A stretch of DNA of 64,000 nucleotides. It comes from Asterias rubens. Taxonomy: Eukaryota. Under the pieces are notes generated by a model. That model saw only the letters and a program-made list of their open reading frames with translations, was not told the origin of the DNA and did no database searches. Shown here in pieces: positions 37,001-47,884 of this stretch. The stretch covers positions 12,214,001 to 12,278,000 of the forward strand of contig NC_047080.1 of the NCBI RefSeq assembly GCF_902459465.1, in the 5' to 3' direction. A program made the translations under genes and the position numbers. The first letter of the stretch is position 1. Every line of letters begins with the position of its first letter.

Positions 37001-40000
37001 CCATTGCAGACATAGAGTCACGAGTAAGATATTGTGCTTGTAAGACCATTGCAGACATAGAGTCACGAGTAAGATATTGTGCTTGTAAGACCATTGCAGA
37101 CATAGAGTCACGAGTAAGATATTGTGCTTGTAAGACCATTGCAGACATAGAGTCACGAGTAAGATATTGTGCTTGTAAGACCATTGCAGACATAGAGTCA
37201 CGAGTAAGATATTGTGCTTGTAAGACCATTGCAGACATAGAGTCACGAGTAAGATATTGTGCTTGTAAGACCATTGCAGACATAGAGTCACGAGTAAGAT
37301 ATTGTGCTTGTAAGACCATTGCAGACATAGAGTCACGAGTAAGATATTGTGCTTGTAAGACCATTGCAGACATAGAGTCACGAGTAAGATATTGTGCTTG
37401 TAAGACCATTGCAGATTTATCCTTATGAAGAAATATACCGGTCCTATAAAAAGCAATTTCAAATTTGCGATGATCTTATGGCCAAAATGTTCTTTCTGTG
37501 ACAGACCCCGAATGTACATGTATGTGTGCCATAACCAATGCTTCAAATGCACACTCCTTAATATCTGCCCCACTTAAAAGTATCATTACACAAGAGGTTC
37601 TGATATAAAGCCAGTGCAAGTAAAATTTCATAAAGATGTAAAACGTTCCTTTAAAAATACCTTAGTTAGTAGGTACTTTACCTATTGAGTGATCTTGGAT
37701 CGAAGCACGTCTTTGTGACGTCAGTGATAGTGGGGTCACAACAGTCACCACCATCATAATCTGTGTATGCTTTATTGCACTCGTTCTCACATACACCGTT
37801 TCCTAAAGAATCAAACAAAAACAATCGTTAGTTTATGTTTTATTCTATCTGTCTCACAATCTGTTCCTGCTGACATGGCTGGGACAGCTTCGTAAACAGC
37901 GGAGCGACTGGAACGGGAGACCAGTCGAGTGGAGAAACTTTGCCACTCGCGTATCGTGGTCTCCCGCTCCAGTCTCTTGGCGTCGCGGCTCTACGAAGCC
38001 GTCCAAGAAACAAAGGCCTTGAGAAAAGGCTATTGCTGCTGAACTTTCAGGGTTAAATATTTCCAAGCAATTCCTCCGTAAGGCCTTATAGTTTCATTTT
38101 TGGAAGCTGGTTAAATTTAGAGAGAAAGACGTACCTATCTGTCTGTCCACACAAGAATAATCATAACTACAGTCCCCTGCATCGTCACCAGTGACGTCAT
38201 ATCGACACTCAGGGTCACATGAGTTATCCCCAATTTGGTAGAGATTACATAGGGCGAGCACAACTCGATTTCTGAGGGAGCTATTCCTGACTACAAACTC
38301 CGTCAGTTCCCAGGAGATATTATGAGGTCTAAATGCCTCGTTGATGGTAGCGTGCTTCCGAAGTATAGTCGCCCGATCTACGGAGTGATTTGCCCCATCG
38401 TCTTCAGCCATAGTGATCGCTCGATACCGTATAACCTTACGGACCCGGAGTTCTGGCTGGTCGATGTAGCTCTTAGCAATGACCGGGCTATCGCAGACAG
38501 TCACCCCGCAGGATGGTTTCCTGGCGGTCAGACGTAGCAGCTCGCCGGGGATGTCAGACGGGATCGGTACGGGTTCGTTCTCAGCAGAGATCTTCCAGTT
38601 CACCCAGTCTGCCTCGAAGCCCTCTCGGACGACCAACCTGCTCCCTGCAATCGTCCAAGGGTCGCTCGGGTTGGAATAGCTTTCTCTGAGCTCTCGGTGG
38701 TTCAAGGTACCAGACCAGATGGCGATTTGATCGATGGCGCCTCGGAAGCCGTTTTCATCGTTGATGCTACCTCCGATGATTAGTTGCTTGCACTGGGTCA
38801 GGACTTCGCCAAACATCGGACCTGCAGTCCCCTTTCCGAAAGCCACCTATAAATAGTTAATAATTCACTATAAAATCAAACAAAAACAACAACAACAAAA
38901 TAAGCCAACAAGCAGAATAAACTGCAAGCAAGGAAAATGGTCAGAAAATTGAACAGAACAGGGCAATCGAGCAAAATCAACAAATTGGCCCAAGTATTTT
39001 AAGCAAACGAAGAAGAAAGCAAATATAGTGCCTTTTGAAGAAAAGGGAAAATTGTGATTCGTTCAGATGTAGGTACCATGACCACAGCGTTGTTTTACCT
39101 TTGCCCCGTTGACAAACAGAGTCAGCTCTCTGCCGTCGAAAGTCGCTGCCAGGTGGGTCCACGTCTCCGCTTCGTACCTACCGGTGGCTCGCACCATACT
39201 CGAGGCCCGAGACCGGTCGCTGGTGACGGAGAAGAAGTAGCGGGCATCGTGGTCTGGCTGATCCCTGTCTGTGTCTACACCCAGGGACCATGTCCAGTGA
39301 TTCCGGCTACCTCTACAAGTATCATGTAAGCCTGGAAAAGAAGCGGGAAATAGTGGTATTAAACACAGACAATAATGCATTGACAATTTACAACTTGGCC
39401 CTTTTGGAATCCACGGCTTCGAGTTCCAGTTTCTGCTCAAGCTAGCTTGGCCCCGTGGTTGTTTTGACAATGCGCGTGCTTTGCGTACGTTCTACTAATG
39501 GCTTCAGACCAGAGGACGAAGGCTGAAGCCGAATCCAAAGCCAAAGCCGTGGATTCGAAAAGGGCCATTGATCAAACAATTTCTACCGTATTGCTGATCA
39601 TACAATAGTGACAATATTATAGTATCAAACAAGTAATTAAAACAAAAACTATATCAATATAATAAACTAATAACCCGCAACAATCATTACACCCCCAAAA
39701 ACAGACTACCAATAAAACAGACAAAAACACTGTTCCACGTATGCAAATTAACAACTCAAACACTTATTATACGCACACGAAAGGGCAAATTAGAGACACA
39801 AACTGACTCAAAGATGCCTCGCAATGCCCTTACGATTTTGTTGTTCTTTGATGATCACACAAAACAACAACATTAGGATAGATGAACGAATTCATGCAAA
39901 CTATAGATGAGACACAAAACGCCAAATATAGCTCACAATGACCTTAAAAATAACAAACAAACCCAACAACAACAATAAACAAACAAGGATAAGTTTAACG

Positions 40001-43000
40001 TATCACCTTCAAACATCAATCTCAACAACAAAACTCAGACATGTGGAATCCTTCAACGAGACTTAAGCAACATGAGATAACACAATGAACATTGATTTTG
40101 TCTCATGAAGTGGTGAAAGTTAATTCATATAATTATTTATTTATCTATCCTGCTGGAATAAAACCTTGGGACCGTCAAAAGGCGTACTACAAGAACTGTG
40201 TATACAGGATGTTTAAGAAATGCCTTAGGATGAAAAAGAAAACACAGGCAATCAGCTGAAATCCAGCCCACAATGCAATGCTCTGGTCTGGTCTTAGGTG
40301 GGATTCAAACCGGTGTCCTGTGAGCGAAAGGGCAGGGAAAATAAACTACTGAGAGTACCGAGTGTCGTTAAAATGTCTGTTTCGGTGACAGCGAAACTCT
40401 CCGGTAACTCTCGCGAGACTACTGCTTTGCACGAGACGATACTGCTCTCACGACTATACAGTGATTATTAATCCAAGCCCACCATACATAGTTATTCTCA
40501 ATACCTCATAAACAACCAACCCGAGGCGAAAAGTGTGGTCCTTTTTTATAAAGTGAGAAATAAACCTAATATAGATACTCATGGGTAGTCGGGGAGATAG
40601 TGTTTTATCCCAACCATAGAGGGGGCGACTTCGTCGGGGCCACTATGTTAGGGAAAGAGTTTGTACATGAAGGGGGCGAGCTTGCTGGGGGCGACTCTGA
40701 TGGAAGCGACTTTTTTGGGGCGACTTTGTGGGGCGACATTGTTAGAGGCGAGTTTGTACATGAGGGGGGCGAGCGTGCTGGGGCGACTTTGCAGGGGCGA
40801 CTTTGTGGGGGCGACTTTACCAGCGGGCGAGATGGCTGGTTACCTTCTCTACATGTTAAGTCAACATTCACTCATTACACATCAAAGCAAAGTCGATCAA
40901 AGTTGCTTTGTATTTACACCACGGTGACACTTCCCAAGAGTTTACGGAGCTTGTGAGTCTGATGGCTCCTTCAAATCCCCCTTTCTTGAAAATCAAATCT
41001 GGAGATTATCCTCAGACGTGAAAACCTCAATCCATTGCATGCAGTTTGATCTTCAAAAAGATTATCCCTTTGTGAGAAAAGAGGATGACAAAACTTGCTT
41101 TGAGAAACCACGCTGATGGATAAACAACGACAACAAAAAGAAACATCAATTATCCGATTAAAGATGTTTCGATGACCCAGAAGTTTTAGGGAAAGACTAG
41201 GTACTTGAAAGCAAGTATCCACTTGTTACTTATAATTCGAACCAAAGACCTTTAAATACTTTTAAAGAGATCGGTACATCCTGCCTCATTTGAGTGTCTT
41301 TGTCACCTCTGTGAATGAAAGAGGTGAAAGTGGAATGTCCGCTAGAAGGTTTCGGAAATGGGTTCTGTTTATTTTTGTAAACAGTACAGGTGTAAAACTC
41401 AAAGTGTGTATTTGGGATTTGAGGCGCTGCATGGCGAGTTATCAATATTGTTTAGCGGTAAATAACACCATGCGTGTATCTACTAATAGCCAGTTATGTT
41501 CTTTTGATAACTTGTCTTGCTTTGTTGCCTATGTTCTACTATCGCGGAGTAGTTTTTTTTTTTCGGAATTCGGAAGACTTCTTAATTCTGAAAAAACTGC
41601 CCTGCTTTTTAAAAGGGCGGAATGAAGGAAATCAATAGGGACTGCTACTTTTACTTTAATTGAATCGAGGGGACTGTTCTTGTTAATTTTTACAAAGTAT
41701 AAGTTTACCCTAAAAATGTTGTTATCCCATGTATGCCTTGCTCACGCCCGGTATACGGCGCGCTGCTCACGGTAGCGAGTCTGTAGTTCACCTCTCCCCT
41801 GATAGCGAGGCTGTATTTTTCTCTCTTCGTTTTTCACAAACTGTTTATTTGTTATGAATGACGGATTCGCTACTAAAGAGACTTACAGAACAACCTAATA
41901 AAATAAATAAAATCCACACAAAGCAGAGAATTAAGAACATCCGCCGTGTTTTTTAATACATTTCTGGGGTTGTTATATTATGTAACGCAAAAAGATTATC
42001 TTCTGATGTGGTTATAATAGCTCCTCGTTATCCTATAAAAAGGATGATCCCTTCTTGGGATTATTGCTTAATCGATCGGAAAATCTGCAGGTTAACTTTG
42101 CTGCATTTTTGGGATGATTTTTCTGCTACGATCCTTTCTTTTTCGGTGGGTTAGGGGTTTGTTGCTGTGTGGTTTTGTTGCCAAGGTTGCTGGTGTTGAC
42201 TAATGACGTCAGTAAAAAGTTTCTTTGTGTACATTGTGCACTGATGTCACCAAGCCACCATCTTCTTTAACGATCATGACGGTTGCGAATTGGCGAAGTA
42301 ATGAAAAACGTACGCGCAAGATGTGCCAATGAGCTTTCTTCTATGGACCTCAGAGGGCGCCCTACTCAATTGACGTCACACGCGAACTGCCATCCTCTAA
42401 TCAGTTGTGGGGCGGGTGGGGGCAGCTACACAAAAAACACTGATACACTGCATGGAGGGGATTTTTACACAGGGAACTGTTTGCAGAACAACCAGTGACT
42501 AGCTCCTATGTTGCCCGATTACGGTATCTAGAATGTTGCCAGCATTATGACTCAGATTACAAAATCCTTCACAGATTATGGAAAATATATGTCATAATTC
42601 ACCGTATAACTTCTTTATTCCGGCTTGTAGAAAGTACGTTCGAGTACCACCTAGGGTCAACGGCTGCTGGCAGATAAAATAACATTGACCTTGCATCAAT
42701 GCTGAATGACTTAATCAATACACTGTTCCCTTCACTTAAGAAAAGTACACACGAAATGTCCTTGATTCGTATTATGGAGACAGGACAGTCTTGATGACCC
42801 AAGGCCCGGCCGCGGTCAGAGCGTCAAAGCACGGGGGACGTCAGGAGGGTGGCGAGCCCTATTCAGCCACCCACTCGCACGGAGTTTGCCACGAATGTTC
42901 CTGGAAATGTTTACACTGAAGATCGAACCTGAAAAGGGGTCGTTCATGAAAAAGCTTGTTTTAGGTCGGAAACGGGTGTAGTTATTATTGGGTTTTTACC

Positions 43001-45200
43001 CAACCATCCATACACATGTGATTGTGTGTGATGAGATCATTGATCTCCATTATACTGACAGTACACAGTACTTTCCCGAGTTCTGTGAAACATTACTCAG
43101 GTGGGATTCGAACCCACGAACTCTGCCATACAGGGCAGCTATCTTACCAACATAGGCCACTGAGATTACATGCATGGTAGCTAGAGGCAGTTCGATCACT
43201 ATAGACGACTATTTGTTGGTGTTATATCGAGGCAAGCTAACAACTCCAACACGGGGTTGACTAAATTTAGTTTATTTATTGATCAATATAATATTGATAA
43301 AACACGGCTCATTTCAATGCGTTAAAATTTATAGGTGGCTTGAACAGAAAATAGTGTCTAACATTAAATTGTATGTTTCTGCTAAGCAAAAATGAGTGGT
43401 ACGTGTGACAAGGCAATTTGGCTGATAACCGTGTTCTGTTAATTTTTTTTTTTTTTTTGGGGGGGCTTATCTTGTTCATACTCAAGCACTGCAGGGTCTA
43501 TGATATCTGCCCTCAAGTTCAAGAATAGTGCATGATTGAATGACCTTTTTGCCACGCAATGATGACGTCATCCTGAGGGGAAACAACCTTTACACTGAAT
43601 CAATCTTCTGTTTTATATTTAGAACCTGAAAGATCTTAAAAACAACTTTCAACCCCACCGAACACCAAGTTATGGCGCGACTTTACAAGAAAATAGAAAA
43701 GGGGCAGAATTGTTCTAACCACGTGAGCTTTGGAGCCGGTCTAGCGTAATCAGTGTTGTCTCTAAATACATGGAAATGAACACTTTCCAAATGTAGACAC
43801 AAACCGGAAATTCGAGATGCCATCACGTCTTGCAGTCAAGGCCAACGGGCCGACCATGAGACTTTCCCCTTTTACTACGAATTATCAAGGAATTAAAGCT
43901 TATTGGCACACTGCCGTAAAGACGGCTTGGATCAGGTCTCGTTCGACACCAAGTTTACAGCAGATGTTTACCAACAAGTTTCATTATGGGTGAACTTGAA
44001 CTAGGCCTACGTACAAAAAGGTGTCATCTTTAAAAACAAATAATATTTAAGCGCTAAGTATTACAGGTACTTTCTGCTTAGCTTAGGTGAACAGACTATC
44101 GAGTACAACANNNNNNNNNNNNNNNNNNNNNNNNNNNNNNNNNNNNNNNNNNNNNNNNNNNNNNNNNNNNNNNNNNNNNNNNNNNNNNNNNNNNNNNNNN
44201 NNNNNNNNNNNNNNNNNNNNNNNNNNNNNNNNNNNNNNNNNNNNNNNNNNNNNNNNNNNNNNNNNNNNNNNNNNNNNNNNNNNNNNNNNGTAAATGACGA
44301 TTGTTTTTCTCATCTTCCTTACCCTTGTAATTACATTATGCAAATATTATTATTACAATGGGGCAGAACAGCCGGTGAATGATCTGGTGAATGATCTGGT
44401 GAATGATCTGGCTGACCAATAGTAACTGATATTGTAGAGTTTTCGCCGAGGCCGGCCGGAGCGAAACCTTGTTCATGACAGCAAATCCCAAACTCAACAT
44501 TATTTTTTTTTCTAAACATTTTACAGAAGGGTACGCCAAAGCTTTAAAATAAGAACATCTCATTGGCACTGATCACACTGTTACGTCTATGAAAACTAAA
44601 GTCCTTTCCACACAAGTTTTACGACGAAAATGATACAGACGTTTTTAATGTTCATTGTTATTGACCAATATTTGTGTTGCTACTTTCCTAAAAATAAAAC
44701 AAGTATCAATATAGAACAAGAAAGGTGAACTCACCGATTATAACTGCCGGGCTCTTCTGACCTCCGGCGGGTTTTACCCAGAGGGCCACCGCAAATGCTT
44801 CCCTAGGGTAGCTGATCTCACCAGCAAGTCCGTCTGATGTAGTTGGGTTGTACCGCAGGGCATCGGAGCGAGCCGTAAAATACACTGCCGTGCCGGTAGA
44901 GACGTCCCGCTGTTCGCGGTGGCTGTCCGGTGTCCCGGAAACCACACTGTCCACATCCCGCAAAAAAGGGTTACTGTTGACCCGTCCAGTGGACGTGCCG
45001 CAGAACTTACGGCCGTCTTTCGCAGCGCTTTCGCCGTGTTGATGGCCTCGATCAATTGCCTCATATTTTAAATCTTCGTAAGTTACACTTCCTCCCCGTT
45101 TGTGAAGTCTAACCCCATGTGTTTGCCTTGCTAACGTAGGAACAAGAAAAACGCACAGAAGACATGTAGCAGAGAAGGCCGTTTTGAAAAAGCTCGCCAT
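25010..45200 (-). CDS. PAPPA: Pappalysin (PAPP-A family metzincin protease), about 1625 aa, 20 exons
   Basis: Exons 44735-45200, 39099-39331, 38135-38846, 37682-37802, 35456-35601, 34969-35173, 34444-34529, 32873-33211, 31571-32024, 31040-31168, 30843-30934, 30338-30603, 29710-29937, 29099-29374, 28023-28182, 27337-27541, 26784-26976, 25984-26146, 25628-25821, 25010-25219 (4878 nt, phases consistent). Signal peptide, REQR furin-type site, LamG domain, LNR1-2, HELGHNLGLWH zinc motif (35079-35111), NFMSY Met-turn, CGNG..ECDDGN repeat, five CCP modules, C-terminal LNR3. Probably co-orthologous to vertebrate PAPPA and PAPPA2. Confidence 0.95.
26296..26527 (-). mobile_element. tRNA-derived SINE with V-domain-like centre and a perfect 69-bp internal tandem duplication
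   Basis: B-box GGTTCAAATCC on the minus strand; duplication 26387-26455/26456-26524; gtgcgtgggttttcct...tttctccca segment. Relatives near 27650-27750, 32250-32385, 33420-33500 and 40235-40350. Confidence 0.7.
28670..29054 (-). mobile_element. Full-length TTAA-flanked MITE, family A (Kolobok-type)
   Basis: TTAA at 28666-69 and 29055-58; imperfect TIRs AGACACTGGACACTATTGGTA and AGGCAGTGGACACTATTGGTA. TTAA TSD with AG-starting termini fits Kolobok rather than piggyBac. No ORF. Confidence 0.9.
35661..37415. repeat. Minisatellite of 39 identical 45-bp units in PAPPA intron 4
   Basis: Unit catagagtcacgagtaagatattgtgcttgtaagaccattgcaga; 1755 bp = 39 x 45; no variant unit seen. Confidence 0.97.
40620..40835. 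repeat. G-rich degenerate tandem array of GGGGCGA(C/G)TT motifs
   Basis: About 12 copies spaced roughly 14-20 bp; resembles subterminal repeats of a DNA transposon. Confidence 0.7.
43068..43175 (-). mobile_element. tRNA-derived SINE head, same family as 53811-53911
   Basis: Reverse complement reads gggttcgaatcccacctgagtaat...cacagaactcgggaaagtac, matching the plus-strand copy at 53811. Confidence 0.6.
44111..44289. other. Assembly gap (179 N) in PAPPA intron 1
   Basis: Run of n characters. Confidence 1.
44374..44411. repeat. 12-bp tandem repeat, about 3 copies
   Basis: ggtgaatgatct repeated three times next to the gap. Confidence 0.85.
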
Positions 45201-47884
45201 CTTAAAAGATAAACTTCAAAGGTGTACCACCGCTCTTTTTAAAGGGTCGAAAACGAAGTGCGTGTCTCAAAACAGTGACTGTGTTTTTATAAACATCTCT
45301 CTTCAATTGACACAAATTGTGCACATCATTTTAATTTGCATAATCCAATTACCCGACCAATAGGTGGACAGGAATGCACGTGACTCAAGAAAGTAATGAG
45401 TCGAGATTATTCAATAGGGAAACCAGTTTGGATAAAATTGTGATAAGTGTGCGGTTCTTTAAGTATACGTATGATGGGTTGGTTATTGCTAAATTTTAAT
45501 TGCGTGCTAAGACTTTTTTTTTTTTTGGCAATCTTTCACACATAATAGGAAGCCAGGAAAAATATAAATATTATGTATATAAAAGAGGCCTATCACTTAG
45601 TCCGAATGTCTTTAAGTGAAATTCTGTGTTAATTTCCTTTGAACCCACACTCAAGAAATGTAGGCCAGTTACGTGGGCATTTAAACAACCGACACGGCGT
45701 GAACCAGCGATGACGTAAAAAAACGATGACCAGTTAGTATCCAGGGGGACGGGCTATCCGTTTTATAAAGTGAAATTAGCATTTTGAAATTATTTTACGT
45801 CAAATAGGGCCTGAACTCAATAGTGAAAAGCCTGCTGAGATTGCAAACCCAATCATTAAGCTTTTCAAATTTGGAATCGGCCCCATCTTCTTTAATACAA
45901 ATGGGTCAAACACGTCTTTCTGATAAGTGATCTTAAAAATATTATTGTACTGTGCCGTTTGGGGGTTGCATGTGCCACTTAGTTTAGCGTCTAAACCTAC
46001 ACACAAGGGGCAAGGTATAGATAACAGTTATTAATATTATATCTACATGTATATAGGAGTGAACAACCGACACAGCGAGTCCCTTCGTCGTCTGACGACG
46101 CAATGCGCCAGCACAGACACTGCTGGCGTGGTAAGCCCACCACATACCTAAACCCCGGTCATTCCAAAAAGCGTACATGTTGGTTGTTCCCAATAGACCT
46201 CATTCATTTGATTCAAAGAAATCGTAACATTCTTAAACTATTACTATTTTGCTATTACATGCATTATGTAATGCTGTGTTTGTGAAAGTATCAAAATAAT
46301 ATGAATTGAATTGAAGAAAAAAATATTGAGTTAAGAATATTTTGGTCTTCACACGAGTTTCCAATTGTGAACATAAAAATAATGATAGAGCTGTATAAGC
46401 TTTCATTGAAGCAACCACCCACACTGGTCAATTCATCAGCCCTGGAGGGAGCGAAACCATGGGGCTTTCAAGAGTGGACGTCCGGTACGTCCTCTTCAGC
46501 CCCGACGGGTCAAAGACCGGGATAAGCACTGGGATCCTTGACTATATCGAAGGTAAGAGTCTCCCCTGAGGGAGAACAGATCAACGGGGATAATCCCACT
46601 CTCGCAGACACTCCGTGGGATTAAACCATGCGTGGTTTTAATGATCGTATAGTGATCTGTAAAACAAATAAGGTTTGGTCGACGCGTTCAGACGTGTCCT
46701 ATGCAAGAAAAACATTCTTTTGTTGCCAATTTGCAGAATTTGTGCGGGTCCTTGCTCTATGGTTTAATGATAACATGGACATCAGTTGGGCACAGTTCAT
46801 AATTATTGTAAAACTAGAAACAGAGGCTAAGTCTCTCTGGATTTCTTTGTCGATTTGTTAAATTTATTTTACTTTCGTATCTCATTTCATTGGCTAAATT
46901 TTACTATCCAAACAATAGCCATGAAAGAACTATAAATTAGACTAAAGTTGTTGGAAGAAGCAGAATCGTGCGTACGTACAACTCATTGGTTGGAACCAAC
47001 TGTGGTTCTGAGAAGAAGTGGATGGTTCTTTTTGGTTCCTTTCAGAACCAGTTCTTGTTGGGTTCTTCTCAGAATCAACACTTCTCCCAAATAAGTTATA
47101 AAACAATACTTTTTCCCCCTAAACATTTCATATGCCATAAATCACGTCAAACTAAAGTATTTTAGGAGGCAGAATCGCATAAAACTCATAAAACCAACTT
47201 GGTCCGGGGAGTTTAAATATTGGCACGACTTGCCCAGTCTGTACTTGCGATGGAGTACACTGTGAACTTGAACTATTAACTGGGGTCAAGTCCCTCAAAC
47301 ATTATCCCCCATCAAGTGAGTAGTGATACTTAGGTCCCTTTGGTTTTTGTAGGCCCCCTACAGTTTCTGGAAAGGAAATGCAATTTTTGCATTTTCCCTA
47401 TGTGTTTAATAAAAACAAACCCGGCCATGTAGAGAATTGTCTTTAAAAGATGTTAACTTTGCACCGGTGATAAATCAACTTTACAAGTAGTAAATAAGTG
47501 ACCACGAGATTCGGGACGAGTGTTCCCGTAAACAAAAGGTAAAAGTTCCGTGACGTTGCATTATCTAATCAACTAACGAATAATGAGACGATAGAGGGCG
47601 GTATTAACATCTCATTCGTCAATTTCAATGTAGTCGTTCTCCATCGGAATTTCATACGCGTTCTCCCTTCGAAAAATAGATAAATAAACAAACAAATAAT
47701 TAATGATAAATGACTCAACGAATCAGAATCCTAAGTATTACTTGAGAGAAGAATCTTCGTATCACTAGACATGTAAATTAGGCCACTGACTGCGTGAACT
47801 TGTTGATTTTAAACCATGGAGCAATATTGCTCCACCTTTCCTTTGTTTTTAAATTCACAAAACTGGAAAAAAAGGAAAGGGTCC

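Noticed and set aside
35439-37573. Three ORFs of 590-665 aa over the 45-bp array, and a possible CRISPR array
   Set aside because: The ORFs exist because the unit length is a multiple of three and lacks stops in those frames. The units are contiguous with no unique spacers, there are no cas genes, and the context is a eukaryotic intron.
40600-40956. Gly-rich and Pro/Ser-rich ORFs
   Set aside because: They are translations of the GGGGCGA repeat array, with no domain and no splice support.
44083-44343. ORFs spanning the N run
   Set aside because: Artefacts of the assembly gap.
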